Shown: piece by piece, positions 24,726 through 37,617 of the stretch
How the letters are laid out: each line of letters begins with the position of its first letter
Position numbering within the stretch: the first letter of the stretch is position 1
Source of the DNA: Mobula hypostoma
Taxonomy: Eukaryota
NCBI RefSeq assembly: GCF_963921235.1
Contig: NC_086116.1
Location: 34,286,001-34,350,000, forward strand
Direction of reading: 5' to 3'
DNA: 64,000 nt
Made by a program: the position numbers and the translations under genes
The notes under the pieces: generated by a model
What the model saw: the letters and a program-made list of their open reading frames with translations, nothing else
Databases searched by the model: none
Told to the model about the DNA's origin: nothing

Positions 24726-27700
24726 AATCCTTCAACAGCCTCTTTGCCCTCCCACTTCCCCTCGGTTATCAGCTGGTTTTACTGGGCTCTGCAAACAGAT
24801 GGTATTAGTTTATTGTCACATGTACTGAGGAACAGTGGGGAAAAACCTTGTTTAATTTACCTCTATACAAATCATTTCACAACTTCAGAACTTTGAGAGC
24901 ATACAAGGGATAGGCTATAATATAAAATGTTTCAATTACAGGGAAAGTACAGAGCAGGTAGAAAGTAAGGTGTGCCAGATTTATGAAGTGATGAGCTCAA
25001 CTTATCCATTCAAGAGTGAAAACAGTGGGGTCCTACAGCATATGGTACATATTCTTGAGCTTTGGTACCTGTCTGAACTGAGCAGGTTGTTTGCATACTT
25101 GGTCTCAGAACTTGGACTTCACTTTCAAAAATTGAAGTTCCTCGGTGCTAACACCGCAGATCATCTGTCCTGGGCAAACACATTGATGCAAACATGAAGA
25201 AGGCACTGCAGTGGCTCTACTTCATTAGGAGTTTGAAGAGATTCCATATGTCATCAAAGAACTTTTGCAAATTTTTTACAGCTGTGCAGTTATAATGTGA
25301 GGTTATTTGAGTTAGTCACCTTCCTGTCAGCTTGAATCAGTCTATCTTCTCCTTTGACCACTCTGATTAACAAAGTGTTTTCACCCTCTGAACTGTTGCC
25401 CACTGGACTTTTCTCTGTAAACTCTAGAGCCAGGGTTCCCAACCTGGGGCATAAAAACGGTTGGGAACATCTGGTGTAGGGACTGTTGTGCGTGAAAATC
25501 CCAGGAGATCCGCTGTTTCTTAGATTCTTAAACTACCCCATCTGGCACCAACATGGTCAAAGTCACTTAGATCACATTTCTTCCCCATTATGATGTTTGG
25601 TCTGAACAGCTGAACTTCCTGACCGTGTCTGCATACTTTGATGCATTGAGTTGCTGCCACATGATTGGTTAATTAGATATTTGTCAAATGAAGAGAGTTT
25701 GATGGCTTTGGGCCTGTATTCACTATAATTCAGAAGAATGCGGGGTGACCTCATTGAAACCTACTGAGTGGTGAAAGGCCTTGATAGAGTGGATATGCAG
25801 AGGATGATTCCTATAGTGGGAGAGTCCAATACCAGAGGACACAGCCTCATAATAGAGAGGCATCCTTTTGGAACAGAGATGAGGAGGAATTTCTTTAGCT
25901 AGACAGTTATCTCTGTTATCCCTGTCCGTGCTGACACACAGTAGTGTCTGATGAAGCTGGGCTTCGATTTAAAATGCTCACCCTTTCTTACAAATATTTC
26001 CAGTCTTGTTCCCACTTTTGAAATACACACAAAGTCCTGGAGGAACTCACCAGTTCAGGCAGCATCTATGGAAAGGAATTAACAGTTGACATTTTGAGCT
26101 GAGACCCTTCATCAAGACACTTGAAACTTTTCTCCAGCTGTAAGAGCCTTGGACTTCTCTTGCTTAGTCACCCATACTTCCCCGAATTTAAGCCCCAAAC
26201 TCTGAAATTCTCAGCTGAAAATCTTACCATCACTTTTATCTGGAGGATTTCTAAAAAAAATTGTGTTAGTGGTCTAGCTGACCAAAGGTTTAGTCAATGT
26301 TTCCCTTGTATGGCTTGGTGACAAACTACTACTTTTGCTTCTTTCAAATATGATTTTGCTACTAAATGTGTGCAATTGGAACCTGTGATTTACATTCTGA
26401 TGGTGTGTCTTGGGGGCCAAATGAGCAAACTGGAGCTTTTCTGTCTCCGAGGGAGTTCGGTGAGGTTTGGAGCCGAGTGTGCACGCTGGAGGCCAAGAAG
26501 CCAGGAGACAGACGTGAGCCCATGACCAACTACATTTCTTGCCAATTAAAGTAAGATCGTCCTGATGAAGGGTCTTGGCCCGAAACGTCATCTGTTCACT
26601 CTTTTCCATTGATGCTGCCTGGCCCGCTGAGTTCTGCCATTATTTTGTGTGTATGTTATCTGCATAATCTCTCGTGTTGATGAATAATTTGGTTGTGAAA
26701 ATAAGAGCAGAAGTTCACAAGGAGCAGGGGTGGACTGCAGTATCCTACTACCCTGTCTTACTGGCCAATAATCCTGTGGCTGATCTGATGTTGACCTCAA
26801 TTCTTGTTGCAGTTCAATGCAGGAGAAGACTTGAGAGGGCCTGGTGGCCTACACCTGATCCCACGTCTGGTTGGAAGTTTTCAGTGTGGAAAACATTTCT
26901 CTACTTATACAGCGTGGAACAGACTGTTTTGGCCCAAAGAGCCATGCTGCCCAACAACCCATCTATTTAACCCTGTCATACCAATTAACCTACTAACCAG
27001 TACATCTTTGGAATATGGGAGAAAACCAGAGCACCCAGAGGAACCAGAATGAGGTTTAATATCACCAGCATACATCGAGACATTTGTGGAGGATTACAAG
27101 CTCCTTACAGTGGAATTGAACTCCAAACTCCGGAATACCCTAAGCAGTAATAGCGTCATGCTAACCACCACACTGCCATGTTGCCCATAAGCCCTTCGGC
27201 CCAGGCTGTCTATACTGGCCTTTCCTGGTAGGAGCATTTCTGTACTGGTTAGCATAATGCTATTACAGCATCAGCGGTCCAGTTCAAATCAGCTCCCTGT
27301 AAGGAGTTTGTACATTCTCCCCATGAAAGCTTGGGTTTCCTCCCACATTCCAAAGATGTACGGGGTTAACGGGTCAGTTGGTCAAGCCTATTATACAGGG
27401 CTGTACCTCTAAATAAAATAAAAATATTTGCATGTTTCCAAGAATCAAGGACTCCTAAATTTTCTTGATGTCCTGAATTTTGAGTGTTTTGAGTTATGAG
27501 TGAAGATTTTTCTCTTAGCAAGCGAGTCATCTACAGTGTTTTTATGGTGTTAGTGTGACATGTCAGCAGTGTTTAGTAAATTACTTAATCAACATCCTAT
27601 CTCCTGGTCTGCTTATGCAAAGCCTGCAGCTGTGCGCAAAGTTGTTCAGCACTGCTAAGATGATTTCCCAGTGTCATGAGTAACTAACATTATTGTTGAT

Positions 27701-28226
27701 ACTTGCTGCCTGTTACACAGCTGGCGTTTAGGGCAACAATGAAGGTGCTCCATTTCTGGTGGTGGTCTTCATCATGCCAGCAGCCTCCTCTCAGTTTTCA
27801 CTACTGTCAGCCATGAAAGTCCCGGCTGGAGGCTCAAGAATACCATCACACTCAGATATTGAAGGATTGGATGTGATGATTCTTTACACGTGTTAGTCTT
27901 CTGATGTTGCAGATATTGAAGGACTATTCATTGCTATTTCCGTAACAGTTTTGTTTGACCAGTCAGGGTTGTTAGCCCCGAGTTGAACCCTCAAACCTGG
28001 AGGACCAGTGGACCACTCTTACTCTGGTCTCTTATCTTTTGTCCTGTTTGGTATGGATGACTCTACCAAGAGCCAAAGCAGCTCTCTGGGTCATTGAGGT
28101 GCACAAGCCTCCAAACCACAAGATTGTGGTCTTATTGTTAATGGAACCAGTATATTGAACTGTGACCTGATGTTTCAGAACAACAAGTTCTATTTAGAGG
28201 CATGCAACAGGGCATTAGATCCACCA

Positions 28227-28419
28227 CAAACATGAGATTCTGCAGATGCTGGAAATCTTGGGTAACACACACACACAATGCTGAAGGAATTCAGCAGGTC
28301 AGGCAGCATCCGTGGAGGGAAATATGGTCCTGATGAAGAGTCTCTGCTTGAAACATCAACTGTTTATTCCCCTTCATGGATGCTCCGTGACCTGCTGAGT
28401 TCCAGCATTTTGTGTGTTT
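28227..28419. mobile_element. Penelope-derived fold-back mini-element
   Basis: Two inverted Penelope-end arms around ctgatgaaga..gaaa; flanks ttagatccacca / ttagatccatca. Confidence 0.7.
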
Positions 28420-29015
28420 TTAGATCCATCATGTACCAGTCTGTACCAGCATTGACTTAGCACCTTTATCAGTTGAAAAGGGTAATGAAGATAGAAGGGC
28501 TTAAAAAAAACTAAAGATGCTGGAAATGTGAAATAAAAATTTTTACTTTTCAAAGCGGAACATGAGGGGGATTCCCTTCACTCAGAAGGTGGTGAAAGTA
28601 GGGAAAAGGCTGCCAGCGGAAGTGGTGGACACGAGTCCAATTTCAACATTTAAGATAAATTTGGATAGGTACTTGGGTAGGAGAGCTGTGGTGAGGGACT
28701 AGGCAGATTAATTTGACACTGACAAGATGGGCTGAAGGACCTGTTTGCGTGCTGTAGTGTTCTATGACTCTACTGTATAATTTTGATTTTCATCAGTCTT
28801 GGTTGACTGAAATGTCCCCTATAAAATAGTTGAAATTTTGCAAGACACAACCAGTCAGGCAACTGTAGGAATGTTAAAGTTTTGAAGATGGCTTGATAAA
28901 CTATTAAATTATCTATTTATATCTTCTTTGAACAGTTCAACAGGTAGAAGTATGTGCTTAAAGAACAGCACAAGATTTTCTCTGTGATGTAAAAGTTGTG
29001 TTTATTTCTATTTAG

Positions 29016-29096
29016 GATGGTCGGGCTGACGTTGTAGCAAATGATTCAGGTGACCGTGTGACTCCAGCAATTGTTGCTTACAGAGAAAATGAGAAG
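29016..29096 (+). CDS. HSPA14: HSPA14 exon 2
   Basis: Acceptor tttag; [27 protein letters not shown]; donor gtattc. Confidence 0.95.
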
Positions 29097-29173
29097 GTAT
29101 TCCCAACTATTTTACTACTTTGACATTCTGCACTTTGAACTTCGCAAGTCCCAATATTTTGTTTATCAATTAG

Positions 29174-29256
29174 GTCGTCGGCTTGGCTGCAAAGCAAGGC
29201 AGAATCAGAAATGCTACAAACACTGTTGTGAAAGTCAAACAGATTCTTGGCAGATG
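29174..29256 (+). CDS. HSPA14: HSPA14 exon 3
   Basis: Follows a 77-nt intron; VVGLAAKQGRIRNATNTVVKVKQILGR; donor gtgagt. Confidence 0.95.
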
Positions 29257-30861
29257 GTGAGTACAGATAGCTTTATTTCAGTAGTAATTGCTGGTGAAAT
29301 GTTTGTCACATACACTAAGAAGTTATGGAATGTATAATAATGTTACATGCTTATGCATTGTGAGAATTACACACTAGATCTTTTTTAGATTAGCTTTTGA
29401 CTGGTTGCATTGTATTGAATATGAAGATAATGTTTGGGAATTTCTTTGAATTAGGGTTAGTGGTGAATGCAGGTTCAATTGCAACATTTAAGAGAAGTTT
29501 GGATAAGTACATGGATGGAAGGGGAATGAAGGACTTTGGTCCACATATAGTTACGATCTAGCACATACAATCACAGAATAATATTGGCACAAGTCCCTGA
29601 GTGGCATGGCCCGAATATTGACAGGTTGACATAAAGTGTGAGGTGCATGTTTATGTGAGAAAGTATAATATTACTATTCCAGTCAGACATTGTGTGCTGC
29701 CCACTTCGGGTGCAGTCTACTTCGATATGAACTACCTCCAGTTCTAAAGAGAGAATTCATCTTAACTCCTAGATATCTGAAACAGAAATTTAATTAAATA
29801 GTTGAGCTGTACAAGACCCTATTTTTTCCAAAAATAAATCTTTCTCTGAAGTGAAGACTTTGTTTTCTGAAGTTATCAAGTTGTTGGCTATTTTGCAACT
29901 GGCACACATTCCAAATTAAAGTAGTTGGTATATTTCTGTGTGCCTGGGTGATATAGCCAGGAATCTATTCAGTCCAGCCCAGTCCTATCTGGTCCTCACC
30001 AAATAGTCTGCAGGATAGTTAAGAGGAGCAGACCTGGCACAGGTCTGATGATGACATTTTTAAAACATGACGAAGCCTTAATGCTGAATATGTGGCTGAG
30101 AATGTGGTGCAGGAAGGAGGTGTTAGCAACACTTTTTTCAAAAATCGTTGTGGACACTGTCAACCCTGCAAACTACCTTTTCTAAAAGCTCCCTTTTGGA
30201 AAGCACTATAGTGCTATTAAAACAGAAACTTCATGCCTTCTTAGAAGTTTCTTCTCCCAGACAGTGAATCTGATCAACCATTTTAGTTAGCCCACCCACC
30301 CATCTCTATTACCTCAGTCACTGCACTGTAAACACTATAAACCACTTTTTATAATGCTGCTTATATTATAAGTACATGTTGCTATTTATGTGTTGACACA
30401 CATTTTATTCCACATCTGTACTTTAACCTCTAATTTTATTTTTTGTGTAATTCTTTATTCCTTATACTTGTATTTTGTTGCATGTTGCATCCTGACCAAC
30501 AGACCACGGCAAATTCCTAATACATGTAAATGTAAATGGTGAATAAAGTTGATCCTTGATCATTCATTTGACAAGACAATAGCATGTCCTACTGGAAGGT
30601 GTTGTAGTACTGAGAGAGTCTATAATCTGAACAGGGGTATGTTTTAATTTTTTAGTTCTGCTAAGACTTGGCCCATCTATGTGAGCACAGCCGTACTGAA
30701 ATCCAGTAATCTATATCTTGGTCCAGTAGATATCTTTTACATGTTGTAATGAAGACCCTATAATATTAGATTGTTTTAAAGAGTAGAAATATTTATTAAT
30801 TTTATATTTCATTATTAAGACGTACCTCCCTTTTCTAAGATATTTTCAAAATTTTTGTTAG

Positions 30862-30910
30862 TTTTGACGATCCTCAAGTTCAGAAGCATCTAGCTGAAAG
30901 CAAGTGTTCG
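30862..30910 (+). CDS. HSPA14: HSPA14 exon 4
   Basis: Acceptor gttag; (C)FDDPQVQKHLAESKCS; donor gtaagt; 49 nt. Confidence 0.92.
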
Positions 30911-31559
30911 GTAAGTACATGTAGAAATTCCAGTTCAAGTTTATTGACATTCAATCATAAACATGCATACATCTAAGTGAAACAACATTCCTCCGGACCA
31001 AGATGCACATCACAACATATAACTTGCACACAACACATAAAGAAATATTACCACAAGTAAATTCACAAATAATAAAGTGTACTTATGACACAAGTTTAAA
31101 AAGTAATCAGAATATCGCTACTGGCACTTCATATTTGATGAGACCTGGGTGGTGCAATGAGATCAGTTCTTTCACATCCTGGGCGGGGGGAAGCTGTTTT
31201 CCATCCTAACAGTTCTTGCTCTAGTACTATGGTACCTGATGATAGGGGGTAGAAAGCTGTTCATGATCTATTTTAATTTTAAAGCATGTTTTTAAATTTA
31301 AAAGTAAAACATCCTGATATTGCAGTTGTCTTTGATTCTCAAATTCTTCTTAAAACAGCAAGAATGATGGAAAGTTCAATAATGTGAATGTCTAAGTCCA
31401 TTACTTGAAGTACCTGCTTTATCAAAAAATCCTCATAAACAGTAATACCAAGGATTTGAATGTTTAGATAAAATTGTAAGCTGGCAGAGAGATGCTGTGC
31501 CTTTGAGGGGTTTCTCGCTATAAGTTGTGCTTGGCTTTCTATGAAACCCAGCATCAATA

Positions 31560-31812
31560 ATGTAGCAGTTAGTGCAGCTCGGGGCATCAGAATTCAATTC
31601 CAGTGCTGTCTGTAAGGAGTACATTCTCTCCATGACTGCATGTGTATCCTCCAGGTGCTCCGGTTTCTTCCCACAGTCCAAAAGATGAATTGGTTCGTTG
31701 GTAATCTGGTCATTGTCAATTGTCCTGAGACTAAACTAGGGTAAAATCAGTGGGTTGTGTGGCTCATTTCAGCTGGAAGGGCCTGTTCTGCATGTATCTC
31801 TAAATAAATAAA
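31560..31812 (+). mobile_element. V-SINE copy
   Basis: tRNA-like head, V-domain and taaataaataaaa tail. Confidence 0.8.
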
Positions 31813-32524
31813 ATCTGTGTTTATGGGGGAGAATAAGCAGTTGACATTATGGGCCAAGGCTTTTCCTCAATGCAGGTCTCAGCCTGAAGAGTTGACTGTT
31901 TAGAAATACACCATTTAAAAGGCATTTAAACAGGTATTTAGTAAGGTAAGGCATAGAAGGATATGTCGCTAATGCAGGCAAATTGGATTAGGATAGATGT
32001 AAAGATTGGCATAGAGGTGGTAGGTGCTTTCTTTGCTTGCATACTCTGATTCCTTGATGAGACTTCCCTCTCACCGCACTGTAGGATATTCTTAGATTGG
32101 TTTGAGATCTAATGGAAAATGTATTATGTTTTTAGTCGTTACATTAGGTCTCAGTCTTTGGAAGGAGATAATCCATTGTATATTCAGTGGTTCAACTTAA
32201 TATCAGAGAATGTATATAGTATATATCCTGAAATTCTTACTCTTCGCAGACATTATTGAAACAGAAACGAAAACCCAAAGAATGAACAATGGAATACATT
32301 AGAACCCCAACCCCCCCCCATGCATAAGTGGCAGCAAAAACATCAACCCTCCCCCCTACTCTTATCAATCATAATATCAGCACACCTTATGAAGAGGGAA
32401 GAATGAATTTTGATGAAAATCAGAAAAACTACAAATAATAGTAATTTGAATTGACAGCAGGAAGTATTTGAAATATTCATTCTGTGGAGAGGTGAACAGA
32501 GGTAATGTTTCAGGTGAATGGGAT

Positions 32525-33210
32525 GAAATATAGGAACAGAATGAGGCCATTTGGCCCATCAAGTCTGCTCCGTCATTTCATCATGGCTGATCCATTTCCC
32601 TCTCAGTCCCAATCATCTGCCTTCTCCCCATATCCCTTCATGCCTTGACTAATCAAGAATTTATCAACCTCTGCCCTAAATATACATAAAGATTTGGCCT
32701 CCACAGTCACCATTGGCAATGAATTCCATAGATTCACCACTCTCTGGCTAAAGAAATCCCTCCTCATCTTCATTCTAAATGGGTATCCCTCTATTCTGAG
32801 GCTGTGCCCTCTGGTCTTAGACTTCTCTACCGTAGGAAACATCCTCTCCACATTGACTCTATTGAGGCCTTACAACATTTGATAGGTTTCAATGAGATCC
32901 CCCCTTCATTCTTCTGAATTCCCATGAGTATAAGCCCAAAGCCATCAATTGGTCCTAGTATGGTAACCCTTTCATTCCCAGAATCATTCTCATGAACCTC
33001 CTCTGGACCCTGTCCAATGTAAGCACATCTCTTCTGAGATAAGGGGCTCAAAATTGCTTATAATACTCTTTACCAGTGAGGCTTCACCAGTGCCTTATAA
33101 AATCTCCTTGCTTTTATACTCTAGTCCTCTCGAAATGAATGCTAACATTGCATTTGCCTACCTCACCACTGACTCAACCTACGAGTTAACCTTAGAGAAT
33201 CCTGCATGGG
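32525..33210 (-). mobile_element. CR1-type LINE 3' fragment
   Basis: TRGHSLRIEG..FFSQRVVNLWNSLP, the CR1 ORF2 C-terminus. Confidence 0.88.
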
Positions 33211-33323
33211 GATGAATGTTTTGATTTTTAACATCACTGTATAGAGATGAGCAGAGAGGTTGTGCTTAAGAATTGATGTGTTGAAAGTTGGGACTAAGAT
33301 GAATGTTCTAAATGTTGAAACAG

Positions 33324-33429
33324 CTGATCAATAAGGATGGCAAACCCAGATATGAAATTGATACCGGAGAGCAGCTCAAGGTCATTGCTCCAGAGGAGGT
33401 TATGCAGCTGATTTTTGAAAAAATGAAAG
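33324..33429 (+). CDS. HSPA14: HSPA14 exon 5
   Basis: Acceptor aacag; LINKDGKPRYEIDTGEQLKVIAPEEVMQLIFEKMK; donor gtaatt. Confidence 0.95.
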
Positions 33430-34329
33430 GTAATTTCACAGAAACATTTGCATTAACAATTTTAATTTATCATTACAATAAATTTCTGAAAGTTTCATTG
33501 AGTATCTCTACATCTTGCACCATTAAAGTCTGGCAGAAATATTGCAAGAATAGACAAGCTACCGAGAGTTGTGGACGTAGCTCAGCACATCACAGGAACC
33601 AGCCTCCCTTCCGTGGATTCTTGTCTATACTTCTCACTGCCTCAGTAAAGCTACCAACCTAATCAAAGACCCCACCCACCCCAGACAATCTGTCTTCTCC
33701 CCTCTCCCACCGGGCAGAAGATGCAAAAGCCCAAAAACCCAAACAGTGAGGCTCGAGAACAGCTTCTCTCCCACTGTTAATAAGGCTATAGAACTATCCC
33801 CTAGTATGATAAGATGGACTCTTAACCTCAGAATCTATTTTGTTATGACCTTGCATCGTACTGTCTACCTTCTCTGCACTTCCTCTATAACTGTTACACT
33901 TTATTCTGCATTGTTGGCGTTTTCCTTTGTACTACCTCAGTGCACTGTTGTAATGTATGGATGGTATGCAAAACGGTACTTCACTGTACTTTGATACAAT
34001 GTGGCCCTAATAAGCAAATTTACCAATTTAGAATAGATGTGTATGGATTTGTTTTGAGAGCACTAAGTCACTGGGGTGGTGTAGCAGCATTGCGGTTAGC
34101 CTAACGCCTAACACCTTACAGCAAAAAGTGATCTGGGGTCAATTCACGCCGTTGTCTGTAAGGAGTTTGTACGTTCTTCCTGTGACGACATGGGTTTCCT
34201 CCGGGTCCTCCAGTTTCCTCTCGCATTCCAAAGATGTATGGATTAGTATGGAAAGACCATGATTGCCCATGTTATATGACATGGCACATATCGATGATGA
34301 TGTGTGTTGATTTGTTTTTCTGTTTACAG

Positions 34330-34420
34330 AAACTGCGCAGTCAGCGCTAGGCTCAGATGTAAATAATGTTGTTATAACTGTCCCATTGGACTTTGAGAAG
34401 AACCAGAAGAATGTGCTAAG
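34330..34420 (+). CDS. HSPA14: HSPA14 exon 6
   Basis: Acceptor tacag; [30 protein letters not shown](R); donor gtgagg. Confidence 0.95.
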
Positions 34421-34421
34421 G

Positions 34422-34670
34422 TGAGGAGAAGATTTACACAGAGAGTGGTGAATCTGTGGAATTCTCTGCCACAGGAAACAGTTGAGGCCAGTTCATTGGC
34501 TATATTTAAGAAGGAGTTAGATATGGCCCTTGTGGCTAAAGGGATCAGTGGGTATGGAGAGAAGGCAGGTATAGGGTTCTGAGTTGGATGATCAGCCATG
34601 ATCATACTGAATGGTGGTGCAGGCTCGAAGGGCCGAATGGCCTACTCCTACACCTATTTTCTATGTTTCT
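34422..34670 (+). mobile_element. Little-diverged-looking 5'-truncated CR1 3' end abutting the exon-6 donor
   Basis: tgaggagaa..cacagagagtggtgaatctgtggaattctctgcc..gggccgaatggcctactcc..ctattttctatgtttct. Confidence 0.88.
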
Positions 34671-35452
34671 AAGTTCTTGAAGCAAGCTTATTATGAGTAT
34701 TCAATCCCATCCCCCTACACTGAAACTTTCAGCATTTTTTTTAACTAGCTGACATTTTTATATTTTATTCACTTTCAATGTTTTTATTCTTCTGTGTTAA
34801 AGCTGCCTTGATTTTTTTTTTTGCCAAGGTGCAAGTAGTATCACACTATTCCCATTAAAGTTCGAAGTAAATTAATTATCAAAGAACATGTATCTTACCA
34901 TACACTAACCTGAGATTCATTTTCTTGTGGGCATTATCAGTAGGGCAAAGAAATGCAATAGAATCAATGGAAAACTACACACAACTATCCCTCAATCATC
35001 AGGCTCTTGAACAAAAGGGAATAATACACTTACTTGCTCCATCATTCAAATGTTCCTACAACCGATGATCTCACTTTATGGACTCTTTATCTCATGTTCT
35101 CACGTTCTTGTTATTTGCTGCTATTTATTTATATTTGCATTTGCACAGTTTGTTGTCGGCTTCACTCTGATTGATCCTGTTTTAGTTACTATTCTGTAGA
35201 TTTGCTGAGTATGCCCACAGGAAAATGAATCTCAGGGTTATATATTGTGACATATATGTACTTTAATAATAAAATTTACTTTGAACTGCGACATATAACC
35301 TAGCGTGTAAAGAAGACAAACTGTGCAAGCACGAAATTAACATCTGGGGCACAGATAAATTACTGTCGCTCACACGTCCTGTTTGATCACAGATTTTCTC
35401 CTCTGAGGCTTTTGTTTACAGTTTACTTAGTGTGAAATATTTTGCTGTGTAG

Positions 35453-35557
35453 GCAAGCAGCCCAGGCAGCTGGTTTCAATGTGCTGCGACTGATTCACGA
35501 ACCTGCAGCAGCACTTCTTGCGTTTGGAGTCGGGCAGGATGCACCATCGGGAAAGAG
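35453..35557 (+). CDS. HSPA14: HSPA14 exon 7
   Basis: [34 protein letters not shown]; donor gtactt. Confidence 0.96.
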
Positions 35558-35957
35558 GTACTTTTTATAATATCTGCAAATAGTGTTTATGATTGTGAGG
35601 GATGCCTGAAATTTTGAAATGTTACAGTGGCGTTGGAATGTGGGCTGCTCCTAGCACACTTAAAGCAGCTGGAGCCAAATTGTATCGGACTCTGCGGGTC
35701 CTTTGGGTGAAGAGGGGGAGCCTGCTACATGGGCAACAGGTTGCTCTCCATATTGTACTGCCTGGCTTGCGTATTACATAGGCAACTGGGACACGACATC
35801 CATGGTCACCCCCGAATAACGGGGAGCCGTAAGTATAAGTTGAACTGAACGTAGTAAACCTAATCCCAGATGTAGATTTTGGCTCATGGTTAAATATTTG
35901 AAGCCTGACATTTTTATTATTTATGTTTCATGTTTTTTTCCCCCTTTCTATTTGCAG

Positions 35958-36119
35958 TAATGTACTTGTTTACAAGCTTGGAGGTTCGTCCCTCTCTATC
36001 ACGGTAGTAGAAGTTAATAGTGGCATGTACCGGGTCCTTGCCTCTCACGCTGATGACAGCATAGGAGGAGAGTGTTTCACAGAAACCTTGGCACAGTACC
36101 TAGCATCAGAATTTCAGAG
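35958..36119 (+). CDS. HSPA14: HSPA14 exon 8
   Basis: Acceptor ttgcag; [32 protein letters not shown]; donor gtaaga. Confidence 0.96.
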
Positions 36120-37461
36120 GTAAGAGTCCATTAGCATTCCAGGACACATTTATTATTGTCAGATGTACCAAGATACAGAGAAAAGCTTGTCTTGTTTTCT
36201 GTACATGCAGATCACATCATTATATCATTGAGGCAGAATAAGGGAAAACAGTAACAATGCAGAATAAAGTGTAAAAACTGCTGAAAAGGTGCATTGCACA
36301 GAAACGATAAAGTGCAAAGTCATAACAAAGTAGATTGTAAGGCCAAGAATCCATCTTGTCAAACAAGAGTCTGATAATGGAGGGATAGAGCTGTCTTTGA
36401 GCCTGTACCTGCTCTCAGGCTTTTGTATCTTCTGTTCGATAAAGGGGGGAGAAAAAAGAATGTCTGGTTTGGGTGGGGTCTATGCTGGCTGTTTTTCTGA
36501 GGCAGTGAGAAGTGTAGACAGAGTTTGTAGAGGGGAGACTGGTTCCTGTGATGTGCTGAGCTGTGTGCACAACTCTCTGCAGTTTGGCGATATTCTCAAC
36601 ATTTCTGCCGGATCTTAAAGTACACATACACCCGGCGGCTTAGGAACATCTTCTGCCCTCCGCCATGAGGTTTCTGAATGAACAATGAACCCACGAACAC
36701 TACCTCACTTTTTTTTTTCCTCTTTCTGAACTTTATATTTATAATTCCAATGTGGTCTGCAAGGAGTTTGTACATTCTCCCTGTGAATGGGTGGGTTTCC
36801 TCTGGGTGCTTTAGTTTTTTCCCATGGCCCATACTGGTTAATAGGTTAATTGGTCATTGTAAATTGTCCTGTGATTAGGCTAGGGTTAAACAGATAGATT
36901 GCTGGGTGGTGTGGCTCATTGGGTCAGAAGGGCCTGTTCCATGCTCTATCTCAAATAAATAAAAATATTTTTTATTAAAACTTGTACTGTATTTTAGGGT
37001 GGTGGGGTGGAAGTGTTAGGTGCCCCTCTCTGCTAGCCTGCGGGTGACCCTTAGGTAAGGTGTAGCATCTGCTTGGCCCCCTGCCCCGAATCAGGGTCAC
37101 ATGAAGCCATGGAAGCAGGCAGTGGACGGTTGTATGAGCAGTCGGTACATATCACAAGACCTGGCTATGCGACCACTGACGCCAGGCAGACAATCCCTGA
37201 AGAGTATTGATAATGGCTGGGGTCACCCGTCTTGTAAAGACACTGCCCAGAAGAAGGCAATGGCAAGCCACTTCTGTAGAAATTTGCCAAGAACAATCAT
37301 GGTCATGGAAAGACCAAGATCACCTACATTTGTATGACATGGCACATAATGGAAGAATATATTATGTATTGCATTGTACTGCTACTGCAAAACAATAAAT
37401 TTCTTGACGTAATGTCAGCGATAATAAATCTAATTCTGATTCTGGAACTCTTTTTCAATAG

Positions 37462-37617
37462 GTTATTTAAACACAATATAAAGGAAAGTCCAAGAGCCAT
37501 GATGAAGCTTATAAATAGTGCTGAAGTTGCTAAGCATGCATTGTCAACTTTGGGAAGTGCAAACTGTTTTGTAGATTCACTTCATGAAGGTTTGGACTTC
37601 GAATGTGCTGTATCCAG
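37462..37617 (+). CDS. HSPA14: HSPA14 exon 9
   Basis: Acceptor aatag; [30 protein letters not shown]; donor gtatgt. Confidence 0.96.

Noticed and set aside
29097-29173. U12-type (minor) intron in HSPA14
   Set aside because: The donor is GTATTCCC, not GTATCCTT, and there is no TCCTTAAC branch site. The cctttaac before exon 12 is paired with a non-U12 donor (gtagtg).
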